NCBI RefSeq assembly: GCF_003704095.1
Contig: NW_020845487.1
Location: 310,001-374,000, forward strand
Length of the DNA: 64,000 bases
Reading direction: 5' to 3'
Source of the DNA: Pocillopora damicornis
Taxonomy: Eukaryota
Shown here: piece by piece, positions 24,801-38,200 of the stretch
How the letters are laid out: each line of letters starts with the position of its first letter
Position numbering within the stretch: position 1 is the stretch's first letter
Program-made: the position numbers and the translations under genes
The notes under the pieces: model-generated
Seen by the model: only the letters and a program-made list of their open reading frames with translations
The model's database searches: none
What the model was told of the DNA's origin: nothing

Positions 24801-26013
24801 GTGTTGAGGTTGCTGTTGTTGAGAAGGAATGGTCAATTTCATGAACAGCACCATTGTCACCATTATGATCTACATCAGGTACAAACTGTCCTTGAATGTC
24901 AACTTTTTCATCTTCACTGACACATTCAAGCCTTGTTTTTTCATTCTCAATGCTATTGTCATGGAATTTTTCATGGACAAAAGAAGAATTCACCGAAGAC
25001 TGGAAAAAACTGCTCCCATCAATGGCAAATTCTTCTTCTTCAACTAGAGGCACAAACTGCTGTGGTGAATGTACAGCTCCCTGATGTACATTAAAAGATT
25101 CACAATCATCATTGTCACTTTCCAAGGAAAATGTCTCACTGTCTGCTAATGGGGCAATATTTTCAGCTTGGTCTTGACAATTAAGAACTAGGTGTGAATC
25201 ACTGCAACTTTCTGACGTAAAATCTTTGCTTCCAAGAGCACAAGGTGAGTCTTTGACATTTGTAGTCTGTACATTTTTAAAAACTGTGTTTTTAATTGCT
25301 CCATCTTTAGCAAATGCTTCAAAAAAGAGAACACGTGTTTCAACAGAGTTTCTCTTTGCACATTCCTGGCTCTCCTCATGCTCTCCATTGACAGCTTTGT
25401 ACTCACTTTGGCTTTCATTATAGGAGAAACGCTTGGTGACGTCTTTATTTTCGGTAAGAACTCTATCAATGTGATTAAAACTTGAAGGGGGGGCACTGCC
25501 ACGTCTTATCTTAGGCTTGGGAGGAACAGGTGGTTTCCCTCTCAATTTAATGGCATCGTTTGTTGTCAATGTACCCTCTGGAGACTCACCATAGTAAAGG
25601 CAGTAAAAATCACTGGCTCGTCTGGTTTTCTCAAGAACATCAGAAACTCCATCCACACTATCTGTAACTACAGTTTCATTTTCCCCATTTGTGATTATCT
25701 CTCCATTCATGGCATTTTCCTTGCCAGCAACATGACTATTTGCACAATTTTCTTCAGTAGCAGTTGACGCAGAAGATGCCACCAATGTAGTACCAGTATC
25801 TGCTTGACTTTCTTTATTTGCTGCTTTACACTTTTTTGAAGCTTTTTCCTTCACTGGTGAGGAGCTTATGGACCCATGCGAGCTGTCACTACTGCCATTT
25901 CTTTCAATCTCATCATCCAGGAAACACCCAGAGTCTGTTTTACTTTTGCTATCAGGTGCACTTCTTCCACGATTAGGTCGGTGAACTACTCCTGTCTTTT
26001 CTTTGCCACTCAT
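9838..26013 (-). CDS. Neuron navigator (NAV/UNC-53)-like protein: long disordered N-terminus, coiled coil, C-terminal AAA+ domain
   Basis: Phase-consistent exons: 21652-26013, then small linking exons that are uncertain (near 21350, 20284-20368, 19650, 18974), then 17913-17996, 17036-17192, 16416-16501, 16186-16263, 15565-15658, 14757-14828, 14225-14289, 13658-13764, 13316-13376, 13073-13119, 12602-12706, 12267-12347, 11911-12003, 11721-11824, 11468-11586, 10885-11038, 10294-10394, 9838-9951. The translation follows NAV motifs in order: ELKLLHDENDMLR; DSLVYDTLLPK; LLEHRCIVLCGQQGLGKSYLASKLAE (Walker A); PAVIILDQL; CPYIIG; FLRRKL; DWLSKVWYHLN; GPSLFYSCPMD..WFVNVWNYNVIPYL; WEDPTKWVVLRYPW. Confidence 0.88.
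12085..12188. repeat. Intronic minisatellite, about 38-bp unit, about 2.5 copies
   Basis: Recurring ACACTAGCAGACTGATAGACACTGACAGATA. Confidence 0.7.
13832..14183. mobile_element. Two abutting TTAA/piggyBac-like MITE copies in a NAV-like intron
   Basis: Same internal motifs as 8816-9028 and 33136-33347; junction near 14003. Confidence 0.6.
20750..20931. mobile_element. TTAA/piggyBac-like MITE, partial
   Basis: Ends ...GATCTTAAGAGTGAAAGGG|TTAA and shares the body of the 54662-54869 copy in reverse orientation. Confidence 0.65.
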
Positions 26014-29000
26014 GTCAAAAACTTCGCCTCATTCCCATAATGGTGTCACAAAAGCTTGAGGTGTTTCAAGCCGAGACCTGAAATAAAGACGAGAAATTTC
26101 TGTTGGTGGAAATGCTACAGGATCATCAATGCTAGCTTGACATCAAAATGTGTTTAAACCTTGATCAGAAATGGCTTCAATAGTTTTGATAATGAAGTTT
26201 TTTAACCCAGCACCTGACCTTACATATTAATTTTCTTTCTACTGTCTGAGTTCTAATCCTGATCACAATTTAATCACTGTAAGTTTAATCACTTGTTAAA
26301 GATAAATAATGGGTTCAGTGATAAAAATCTCAGTAAGAAAAACCTGACTTCTAGCAAAGACACAGGGAGTGTGTTTTCAATGACAAACTTCACAAGGGTT
26401 ACATCCAGCAGACAGACTTTGTGATATCAAGAAACAAATTACTCATGAGAGCCATTGAAATTTGAAGCATAACACTTACATGTAAGTTGTTATGAATCCA
26501 CATTTAAGTGATAGTTTAAAAAAGGAAATTGTTAATCACTACCATCAGTAGAAAACCAAAACTTGTTTTCAACATGTGATAAGGATCCAACCAAAGTCAT
26601 AATTGCTTTGAATGTTCTAGAACTTCTGAGAATTAGCTTACAAAACCACTACTATGAAGTGAATAGATTAACTTCAAGTCAACAGCATGTACAAAAAAAG
26701 TTACCAAGTTTCATCTGATGAAAATATATGTAGATGTGAGGAAATATTGAAGCCTCTCACAAAAATGTAATAGACAGTGTATTTGTCTATGAATAATGGG
26801 ACAAAACATCCAACCAACAAATATGCTTAGTATTCAAACATGCTTTCCTTGTACAATTTGAAAAATGCCTAACACATGTCCTAAAATACACACTTGATCA
26901 AAATCCTTCATGGGAAACACAATAGAAAGTTGTGAAACACACAAAGATGACCAGTTTCAACACAGTTCTATAGTCACGATCTCTACTGGGGCAGTGAAAT
27001 TAATTACAGGCAAAACATTATCTCACAAGTTTAGATAATAATTGCAACTACTAGACCACATACAACAACAGGAGTTCTCTACGTTTCTTCTTACCAAACA
27101 AAGCAAATAACTTCAAACCAAAGCTTACACAAAATCTGTCTTAGAAACCAAGTTGGGGGTAAAGCTCACTGTAACTGCAAACAAGTTTTGTCTGTCAACA
27201 TTTGAAACTAAATACTGCCATAAATGCTTCATTAAACAAACAGCCACAGTCAACTAAAGGAATTCACAAAATGTCATTTACATAATAAAAATATAGTGTA
27301 ATTGCTTCATTATATGCATGACATGAATACTCAATATCTTCATGTATGAATACAAATTTGAAACAAAATGAGTAAGTCTTTCAATTTGCACAAAGATAAA
27401 AAGGATATAAGTTACACTGTTACTGTACATGGAAAATTGGGTCCAAACAGAGATCATGGCCTTACACTGTTTATTGCAAAAGGATAATTAAGAAATTTAC
27501 TGGACAAGAAATACACTAATTGATAAGGAGATGAGATGCTAGTTTAGCATGAGTAGTTGACTTTGTTTTGGATATCAGACAACACACAAAGGTATAGTTA
27601 ATAACTATACCAACAAATTACTGAATTTCAACTCAATAAATTGTAATAGACAAATGAATTTTTCGTATTACTGAAAAGTTATTCTGATGTTCCACATTTC
27701 GACAAAATACATACTGTGCATACTGTAGCTCCAGTTACAGTGATCTCACTTAGTACCAATGTCTAAAGAAATCTGTAATATTTCAAGCATTCTTTGTTTT
27801 GTTCTTGACTGTCCCATAACAGCTCCTTTTCAACGTCAGTTTGTCATGATTTCTCGACACAATAAAGTTGTACTTAACAGCTAGTAGACAATTTAAGACA
27901 ATTTCCACTTCAAACCAAACATTAAAAGATAAGACCATGTGGTTTAACTTTAATTTAAATATACCCAATATGACCTGAAATGGACTGAAATGTTACCAAT
28001 TTAACTATGTGTTGAGCACAAAAATGGATTTTAAACAGAGCACTTCCTGAATATTATCTGAAGTGATAACAAAACCCACAGACATACCAAAAATGCATAA
28101 AAATTATCACCCCATGGTACATACCATTTGATTATAGGGACATCCAATTAATTTAAACCATTTCCATAAATCAAGAGTAGAACACATACTTGAATCATCA
28201 TCAAGCTGCAAAACATGATTATTATTGTTGTCATTTTTTCATTTTGTCACACAAATTCACTTATGTTCAGTCCTCTTGAACAGGCAATTTTACTACTAAC
28301 AAGAATTCCTTTTGAGATTTCAAAGCAAAAAGTCATCACCAGCGATTTTTGAGAAGAAATTCTTGGATATAATCCGCTTCATCATGATAAATGTACAATA
28401 ATAAGATTTGAACCTGCAAGGTATGTAATATACAGCAAAGCCTTTTGTCATCTTAGAATCTTGATGCTCACAAAAATTTCCTCTCTGAGATCAGTTTATA
28501 TACTGTAACTCCTTGTTTGTCCCTCTATGACCTTTAATTTGGGGTAAATTGCTATAATGTCACACCATTCCATGGGCATTAAAAAAAGGTATCTCTGCAA
28601 TCAATTGTAAGAAAGTGCTAGTGCTATTACTGGGCTTGTAAATAAAACCAATCCATAGGTACTATTAGGCATATAAGTTAAGTTTTCTGTGACATATCCA
28701 CAACTTTACAATGGGGAAGTGTAAGAGTAATTTAACTTTGAGGAAGGGCATTTCCTCATACATATACATAACTGAAGAATGGCATCTCCATATTCTGAGA
28801 CCAATTCAAGTTCTGTAGTTATGACCTCATTTGGACAAGGTTTCAACATGCACTCTTTTAAGTAAATGCTTTGACTAAATGGATTTACCGAGCAGCAAAG
28901 AATTTCTTCAATAAATTCAATGATTTAAGCTGGATGAATGAATTTTTCAAGAGGATTATTCAGTATTTTTAGATGTTACCTAAGTGTAAAGATTCAGAGG

Positions 29001-30392
29001 TTTCAGCAAAACAACCTTCTCTAAATCCAACCTACGTTTTGCAAGAGTTGCGCTATTAGCAACTACAGTGCTCTATGTTTCATGTCTAGTTTTCTAGTTT
29101 TTCCTGTCACAAGGCTATTTATCAAAGGGTACCAAGTTTCTAGGAAAAAAGCATGGTAATGTTCCAAACCAGATTGGCACTTACAATGGATATATGTAAG
29201 CAAATACACAAGTTCAAGGTTATCAGACTGACTTAAATTACTATGCTGCTGGATCAAACCAGTAAGATTGTTTACAAATTAAATTACCAAAACCTAATGC
29301 ATTTAGTTTGTGCAGATGACTTAAAACAAAGATTCTTTGGGATTTTGCTTAATTTGGTGAGAAGAAACATCTGTTTGCTCTTTGTTGTTTGCTCAACTTC
29401 CTGAACAAAATTAAAAACGGCTGCTAAGAATGAAAGAGTAAAGTTTGTGAAAAATGATATCATTTTCTTTCCATGTGTATAGTGACATGGCATGGTTTAA
29501 ATTTGCAACAGACCTTTACCATAGTAAACACATCTTAAAATACTTCACCAAGAAATCAAGGTCTTAACAAGAAATACCATTAACATGGCTCTCAAAAGAT
29601 TTGATCGCTTTATTTACTCAGTTGCTTCAACAATATTTGCAAAATAAACTATGTCCTTTAAACATAAAAGATGGTTTATGAAAGAAGTTCAAAGCCTCTG
29701 AGCACTACCACATACTGAAAGTCTAACAGGCACACTAACTACCACAAATTGTGTGCATATATCATCTTTATGTCTCTCATAGACACATTCATGAATATAA
29801 GTGCCCTCATTTTCTCATTGTCTACGTTCTCATAATCCCCCTGTATTTACATCTACATGTAAAGTCTTGCCTGTTTGCATTAACAAATGAGCAATGCATA
29901 CTTTATATCCATGGATCCAGTAGACCCTAGCTACTTATCAATTTAGGAAGCATTTATCACGGCAGACAACTCACCTAATATAAATCATAGAACAATTACC
30001 TCTTCTGTTAAAAAAATAATGAAATACTGCCCCAGCGGAAAATTTCCTGTATGAGCTAAATGTTTTGTAAAATTAGCGCCGAGCGGTTGTAGCCCTGTTT
30101 GCCTTATCCTATTACAGGGTGGATTAACTTCTGGAATAATTTCTTCATTCCTCTAGTAAGAGTTAAAAGAAGCAACATGTTCCTTCTTACTTATATGAAT
30201 CGCATGACGCTGCTTTAACAATTCATACAGATGATATTTGTCATAAGAGTTGAACTTTTATCGACACGAGATAATTCTTAAAAGAGGTTTTCACGAATTG
30301 ACAACTAAATCAACTTAAAATAAGCATCGCGGAAAACACTCATGAAAACATTTACATAAAAAAGGAGAACAAGAAAAAATAACGAACTCTAC

Positions 30393-30720
30393 CTCACAAG
30401 GTGTTTTTCCGTCGATCTATTCAAGTGTCTCACCGTGCGCAGTACTTTAGTGTGCATCTCTGCATGACACCCTTGCTAACATCACAAAAGACAAAGTGCG
30501 CTTTCTCAGAAGGTGGAATGATTTTGCAGCAATACTACAGTAAAATTTACATAAAAAACGCCAGCATATCAAATCTCTTCGTAAAGTAATCAAGCATAAA
30601 ACCACAATGTTTAAAATCACATGATAAACTCGATATAATAGCCGAAAAATCTCGATTTTGACTCATAAACAAGGAAAGAAATCCGTTTTGATACCAATGG
30701 CTTCGAACCGGCTAACATGA
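30393..30720 (-). other. Probable non-coding first (5'UTR) exon of the NAV-like gene
   Basis: CpG-rich segment ending at the donor GAG|GTAGAG (30392). The giant exon has an acceptor TTTATTTCAG at 26078 and an in-frame stop upstream of the ATG at 26013, so a UTR exon is required. The 5' boundary is approximate. Confidence 0.45.
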
Positions 30721-31983
30721 AGACTAGATTTGTTTACAACAGCGAACGTTGTGACATAAAAAAAAAATGCGTAGTGTTATAAATATACAACGCATTGAGT
30801 ATTTAATCGCAAGGTTTGGTTAACCAATGCTATTGGATCCTTCAACATTTGGTTTCCTTGATATACAGCTAAACGAGAAAGGAAATGTTAGAATTCCCGA
30901 ATGGGCCATCTTCCGTTAGAAGGCGTGATTCCGACGTGATAACGAACTACTATCTGCAAACGTAATTAAGGCTTTATCTGCACTTCACAAAGCTTTATAC
31001 TCTAGAAATACATCAGTGAGAATTAAAGATGAAACCGGACGCTGAGAATCTTATAGAATTGCGTGATTCATTAATTAGCTGTGTCTAAGGCAGCTTACAT
31101 CTGTATGGCTAATATAATTTTCTAAATTCAAACGAACGTTTGGGCAAACAATAGCACCACCTTCCGTTGAATACGACTGCAAAATTGAAATTTCCGCCTG
31201 CTTCAAAAACATCATAAGATTGTAATAAATGAGTTTAATTTTTCAAACAGAGAAGAGAATATAAAGTGGAAAAAAATATGTGCATGATTGTTCTTATCGT
31301 TAGTTCAATCAGAGAGAAGGACCTGAAAGCGCCGACGAGTCTCTGCGGAGTCAATTTTCGCAGTAGCATTTCTAGCAAGCAAAGTTTAAAATAAGCTTAA
31401 AGATAAGCCTTCGGAAAAGCTTTGAATGAAGCACTAATGTGATACATTTTTTACTACACGGACACCCGAACGAATACTCAAACAATATAGTTCAATATAA
31501 CCTGCCGGCTGTGTTTAGTTCCCTACGTAAAGTTGTGGTGGGGAGCCGCGGGCAAGGTAAGGAATATAAACTGAACTCTACGTTGTTAGACCGTTCCTTC
31601 GACCGCACTAGGTATCAAAACACCAAAATCACGTGTTAAGAGACGGAAGAATTCCACGCTTAAAGAGTCACACTAACGCTACGATCAAACTCACGCAGAA
31701 TCCTGCCAAATTAAACACGACACCCGCAATAATAACCAAATGTTTTCCCACAAACCTTTCAGGCAGATCTTGTCAAGCGAGGCTTTATCCATTCTCTTTC
31801 CTTTCCAAAGCGTGCCTTAATTCCTGACCTTTAGTTACCTTCACACGTCTTGATAATAATCTTTTGTTTCGGAGAAAATAACTCGAAATCACCGTTCCTG
31901 ATCGCCACACCGCAGCACACAGGATGTGACAAGACGTACTTCAACTGCCAAAACTACTCCAACGGAAGAGCATTGTGGCTTCA

Positions 31984-31991
31984 TGACGTCA
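31984..31991. promoter_or_regulatory. Perfect CRE palindrome TGACGTCA in the CpG-rich region upstream of the NAV-like gene
   Basis: Exact match; a minus-strand donor (AAG|GTAAC) lies near 31838. Confidence 0.35.
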
Positions 31992-32912
31992 CAAGCCTCT
32001 TTGAAATGCATTTCCTTTACATCTTCCCGCCTCTCTTTGTATTCAAATAACTTTCTTCCGCGCTTCTTTACTATTCAAGGCATTGTTCGCTTGCAAAAGA
32101 AAGCCTCAAATTCTTTTGATTAATTAACTCTAAGTTCGTTTACTATTAGACACTTGTGCAACATAGTGGTGCTTTCCGTGAACAATTCACGGGATGGGCG
32201 TATGGAACGAGCGGAGTATTATCGTTTCGTGTTTTTACAATTTCCTCTATTTTCACCGCTTTCAGTCTCTCCCAGATGAAGAGTTACGAAAAGCTGGTTA
32301 TCTGAGTAAGTTTTGACGACTTTCACAGACCTAACTTAAGATAAGAACCCATATGTTCAGAGATGCCGAAAACTAGTTACGAAAAAGCCCTTAAACTGAC
32401 ATCTCACTTAGCGACGCCGAAAGTATGTTACAAATAACGTTTTCGTGCACATTCCCAGTTAGCCTTTGCAGTTAAATGTCTTGGCTAAATTGCCATAACT
32501 TGATAATTTCCTTTATTTTTCTTATAAAGGATAAACATCTCATGGTCATAAAGCGATTATGCTGAACTTTATAATTCTCTTAATCTTTCTTTATGGCTCT
32601 GAAACGAACTGATGAGTAAATCTCGATTAACATGAACTGCGGGTGTCAGGTTTTTTTTTATCCTTCTCGAATTCTCTTTATTTCATTTATCTACAAGGGA
32701 AGCGGCAGAAAACGATGAGGATCGTGATGTCCAAAAAGAAACTTCTGTAAATGTCAGGGTGGTCTCCTCGCAGGTGTCGACATATCAAATACGAAAAAAG
32801 CTGCTTACATACTTCCGCAAGATACTGACATACCCGAAATCTAGTGTGCTGGCCTGGGGTCTGACAATCATCGCAGTCTCATCCTACATAACGACAGACA
32901 ACAAAAGATCGT

Positions 32913-33085
32913 TGTGAATATGAAAGCGATCTTCGCAGAAATGAACACTACTTAAGCAGTAGTGAAAATAAGACCTGAAACTCGTTTTCATTACTGCTCC
33001 AGCTAAAGAGTTTCATTACTGCGAAGATCGTTTTCATATTCATTTCGTAATCCACAGTTCACAAATATGATTTCAACATGTTCAT
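32913..33085. repeat. Palindromic anthozoan repeat (internally deleted copy)
   Basis: GAATATGAAAGCGATCTTCGCAG...AGCAGTAGTGAAAA is mirrored by TTTTCATTACTGCT...CTGCGAAGATCGTTTTCATATTC. Confidence 0.65.
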
Positions 33086-33135
33086 AGTCATGAAAAAGAT
33101 CCTTGTGGATGTGAATAAACTGAAGGAGATCGAAT

Positions 33136-33347
33136 TTAACCCATAAACTCCCAGTCGTGATTGACATGAACCTTCTCCCTGTAATATCCACACATTATTC
33201 AACAAATAGGTAATGAGAATACTCAAACTTATCTGGTAGAAGCTGCTATCTTGATCTAGCATCAGTTTCTCATAACTAAGTTGCAAGCAGATGTCTGGCA
33301 GTTAGAGGGGAGAATTAACGATCAGATCTTGGGAGTTGAAGGGTTAA
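33136..33347. mobile_element. TTAA/piggyBac-like MITE
   Basis: TTAA|CCCATAAACTCCCAG ... CTTGGGAGTTGAAGGG|TTAA inverted ends. Confidence 0.75.
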
Positions 33348-34554
33348 AAAGCGCACTTTTATGAGCAAATTAGAATATGATGAATAAGGGACGGACGTGA
33401 CGCAGAGAATAGTCGCCCGGAGCATGGTCGAAGAAATTATTCACCTCTTAATACTTAGTTAATTTGACTGGAGGTATTCGTTAGAATAAAACAGTTATGA
33501 AATCGAATGAGCGGACTCCTTCGCAGTATTTTTATTTGTCACGCAATACATCCGTTACAATGAACGGCTGCAAAGAAGACAATCCCCAAGGATCATGGAT
33601 CCAGGTCTCTACGTCCAAGAGTGTGGCAGGGGCGGAAAATACCAGAGATTAAATTAAAAAAAGTTGCAAGTTTGATTCTATAATTCAAATGAATACACTG
33701 ATATATTGAGCGGAAGCTGCGGAGCGAGATGAATATAGAAGAACAAAGTATTCATATTCTATAAGACTTTCTCTGGCCGTTACCGTAACAACAAATAGTT
33801 AACTTATTCGTTTCATGAGCAGAGTGTTTATCTCGATTATTCTGTGCATGATGTACCTCATTTAAAGAACCCCTTCTCCTTAACAATCAAAACAATCAAA
33901 AGTTATTCACGCCCCCCCTTACGCTGTCACCCCTCCTCCCTGTTAGCTCCTCCCCCAATGTTGGATTGGAAGAACAAGTTCCTGAATAAGTTCTTACGAC
34001 AGTAATTTCACGAGAATCATTGCAGTTGTAGTTTATTCCTCAAGTGTTGTAGGCTACCTTAACTATCTAGCAACAACTCTTAATCATCGTCATCACTTAA
34101 AAAATAAGATTTGGCTTAATTTTCTTAAAATAACAGGCCCTCGATGTGAACCTTGCTATCTGGACCACAGGAGTTGGTAACGAGATACTGTGAATTGAAG
34201 AGGGCATTCAGCACTGGAACTTGAGAGCAGTCAAGCAAATGTGATCAGTTGTTATAAACCAATCAGAAGGTTGGGAATGACCTAAGACGTGATTGTGAAT
34301 CTTGTAAAGTCACCTCAGAGGTTATGGGAAACTCTCGAACATGACAATACCATGGGAAATGATGTAGGTTTGGAAACCTGATCAATGGCTTAGGGAGGTA
34401 ACTACTACTAGACTTTGACCTTCCAGTTTATTTTGAAACGTGCAAACAACTCCATATATTTAGCCCATCTTTTATAAATTAGATTTCAAAAAAGATTATC
34501 CAAGGTTTGTTCTCTGTGGAAAATATACTATATACTCCATAAGTAAACCATCTT

Positions 34555-34650
34555 GCCAAATTGACGAAGGGCTGACGCTCGAAACTTTAAACTCTTTATG
34601 GTGGCCAATTTACGTTTTCAACTCAGTTGTCAACACTAAATTACAGCTTG
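34555..34650 (+). mobile_element. Penelope-like retroelement terminal fragment
   Basis: TGACGAAGGGCTGACGCTCGAAAC...GGTGGCCAATTTACG...CAACTCAGTTG; related sequence occurs at 52600-52780. Confidence 0.5.
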
Positions 34651-35216
34651 CCACTGTCGATGCTCTGTGTCACTGGTCAGATGTAACAAACATTAACAAA
34701 AAATTATAGAATATTTTGACGAAGCTCTACGCCTGTCGCTTCCATTACTGCAACTGTTATGCACCCTTCGTGCATTTGTTCAATATTTTAAATAAGTTCA
34801 AAATTTTTTGTTTTGCGCCGTGTTTGGCTTTTGGTCCTTTGTAAGTCTCTTCTCTTAGCACTTGTACTTAATCTCAGGTTCTTCCTTTTTTTTAAGCCTC
34901 TACTAATAACGATTAGGGAGATATTTATTGACCAGTTTCTATTCTCTTGTGTTGACCAATCTTCAATTGGTTATAGCAATAAAAAAATTATCAGGGAATC
35001 TTTGACCATCGTGATGTCATTATGGGCTTGGGGTTGCGTGTGTTGTCCATTTAGCTGTTCAATTTACAGTTTTTCTTTTGTTTTGTTGAAAACAACTGAC
35101 CATCCACTATCACTCACACGTATGTTATGTTCTCGAGCAAGTTAGTCGACGACTTGGACAACTTCTCATCGGCGTCACAAGCCAGATGTGTGTCAAGCCA
35201 CACTTCATGAAAATCA

Positions 35217-38200
35217 TTAATGAAGAGCTGGGAACAGATTATCCTGGAGGAAAACGTCCTTGAACAAATCTTCGCCTCTCATAAGCCGTGTGCTACCAAT
35301 TAAAAGCTGGAACGAAGAGAAACAGAAGTGAATCAGAATGTTGCTTCGGAAGTCCCACCAGTGACTAGAAACTCCTCAGATCAAAGCGTTCCGTAAGAAT
35401 GAAAGTAGAGTAATGCTTTTCCTAAATTACCGTTCACAGTATTCAAGTATACCCTTCCGCTCTGTCTTTAGTTAGTTCCAGAACTTGTGGGTGGCCTAAC
35501 ATACGTCCAAGCCGTATGGACCCACTTACGCTAAAGGGGAAACTTCCCATGTTGATTACTTTGGTTTTTATTTAGGAGAACACGCAGAAAATTGGCTCTA
35601 TAACAACAACGCTCTCACCTGGGTATTAGGATGATACGCAGCTAACGCTTCCCTTATCTGGTGAACCTCTGAACATGTGATTCCCCCAACGATGAACAGA
35701 ACCAACAAAGGATGGTCATTAGGACGAGGCTTGCTCACATTCATGAATAAACTGAGTCAAACAATAAAACAAGAAATGGTGAATTAACGAATATAGCATG
35801 ACGTGCATCTCAGGCAGGAAATAACTGACAGCAAAAACAAAATCGCCCCTTTCGTTTTACCTAAATCCTGTTTTGATAAGATCCTTAAATCCGTGTGACT
35901 TGAACTCGATGTCGGGTAGTTCAGGTGATTCAGGACTATAAATGCCTTCTGTTATCTGAAAAAGATGAAGCATTTTAGACATTCAAATAAATCAGAACAA
36001 TTTCCTTTGGTTGAATCACACAAAACGCTTTAAACTCAAACTTCACAGGAAAAGCTTTGTTACTAAAACAGTGCTCTGAAAAGTGTTTCTAAAGTATAGT
36101 CTACTGAAGTGCAAATTATAATAAAGTGACTCACATGGTCACCGAGGGTTACTCCGACTCAGTTTCGTCTGCAAAAAGCGTGCCACTCCTCCACTACGTG
36201 ATGTCACTCCATCACGGGTTAAACTCTACCCATACCACCCCCCTCTCCCTATATTTCCGGTGGATAAACGTACCCGTTTATAGATATTATATATATTATA
36301 GGTAGAGAGAGGCATTGTCAGGGTACCGTGTCTTGTCCAATAACATAAAAAAATGACCTTCCATGGACTCAAGCCACGAACTTTCGATTTGCAATCTAGA
36401 GCATTAATTACCAAGCAACGGCTTCTATCATAATAAAGCCGACAGTAACGTAAATTTGTTTCTGGTATTTTGATAAACTGCACAAAACAGACAGCAACCA
36501 GTTGCTATGTCTTCTTGTTGCAACTTATAAGTTATTTAGTCCAAAAACCCCATAATAGTGGCAGACAAAAAGAAAGCATCACTAACAGTAACAAGATGAC
36601 AAATGCGAACAAACCTGTTTGAGGAGAGGATAATATTGAGCTGGTTTCAATGCTGTTCCTATCTGAAATACATTTCTTTCAAAAAAGAAGGAAAACACAG
36701 ATTACAGGTAATCCCAAACAAGTCAAACGTAACGCTTATAATTCACACAAACCTCAACATTTTTATACATTATCCAACAATACCTGAACACTTGCAGTTC
36801 TTCTCTCGCCAAGCTAACGCCTCGAACTTTTTCAAAAGCATCCGAAATTCTGCTTCTTACGGTCTTCTCCGACAGTTCCGACCCTTTATGTCAAGAAATA
36901 AATGAAACTTCATCAGTATGAACTAAGGGGGGTTGGGTGAGGGTGTGATTGCGTTCTTTAAAAAAGAGCTGGACTGCAAATCAGAATGTAGTAAATGGGG
37001 AACATTTCTTACTTCAAATAAAAAAAGAGTTACTCTAAGCACAACGTTAACGACGTTGACATTAATTGTTTTTAAAGAGGGTCAAAATTTCTCCCACAGG
37101 TCATTCCATATCGTGAAAATCGATAAAACCATCAGTTTTGTTGCCGGATCATTTGGGCTGAGGGGTGTAGCAAAACTGGGGGAGGGGGATGGCTGAGATG
37201 TATGTGGCTCCCATTCCTCCCCCTTCTTCATCTGTATATGATGGTATAGCATCCCTCATTAAAAGTCCTCCAACACCCTTGAGACCCCTGGAGTTCCCAA
37301 AGGTTGTCACAAACCTAAGAACTGCTCACTGTTGCATTTCAGCTCTCCACTGAGTATGCTATTCACCAGCATGTTCTGTGAAAAGTATCAAAGACATAGC
37401 AAGACAAGTAATGAGGATTACCCAGCTGTGCATTAATAGCATAATCAGTGTTAACTCAACAATTTTCAATTGAATATTGAAAGCAATCTAGAACTGCATT
37501 AGCTTTGTGTTTCTTGCTCTAACACCAATTACTTGTTTATACCAATCCTATGTAATAAATTACATAATTATATATATATATATATTCTTACATAAAACTC
37601 AGCTTAGCAAACTAATAGCACACAGATTGTAACATAGATAAGTCAAAACATCAACATGTTAAATAAGAGGTTGTGCATACTTTGATTTGTTCTTCTTCCA
37701 TGGGTGAGTCAAAGCAATCCTGTCCACCAGTAAGTGAGTATAGGAACACCAGGACAAGCAAAACATCTTCTACAGCTACAAATCTGTAAAAGAATATAAA
37801 ACAAGTGTAAAATGATCCCCAAACTCCATGCTTGATAATATTTGCCATAAGCTACCTTATCTTCAAGGTTATAATAAAGGCCTAGCACATCTTAAAGATA
37901 TCAGTGAGGCATAACCAACCAAAACCTTACAGAAAAGAAGGAAGAGTAAGTATGTTTGGGGATGAAACTACTAGAAAACTGCTTCAACTTTAGACCACTC
38001 TGTAAAATATGTTCACAATAAGTAGTTAATAGCCTTTTTTCCGCATTACCTTTGGCTTCAAATGGATGAGACATATTAAAAAACAAAAGAGGAAGAGCTT
38101 ACATACACACCTCTGTCTACTGTCAGACTGTAACGCACTTATCACCTCTGATAAAGCACTTTGAGGTCCATGTTCTCCAATGTGGAGAATTAAACCCTTT

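Noticed and set aside
21696-25502. Many 60-112 aa ORFs overlapping the giant exon, and similar short ORFs in introns
   Set aside because: These are antisense or alternate-frame shadows of real exons, or chance ORFs with non-ATG starts; none has a recognisable motif.
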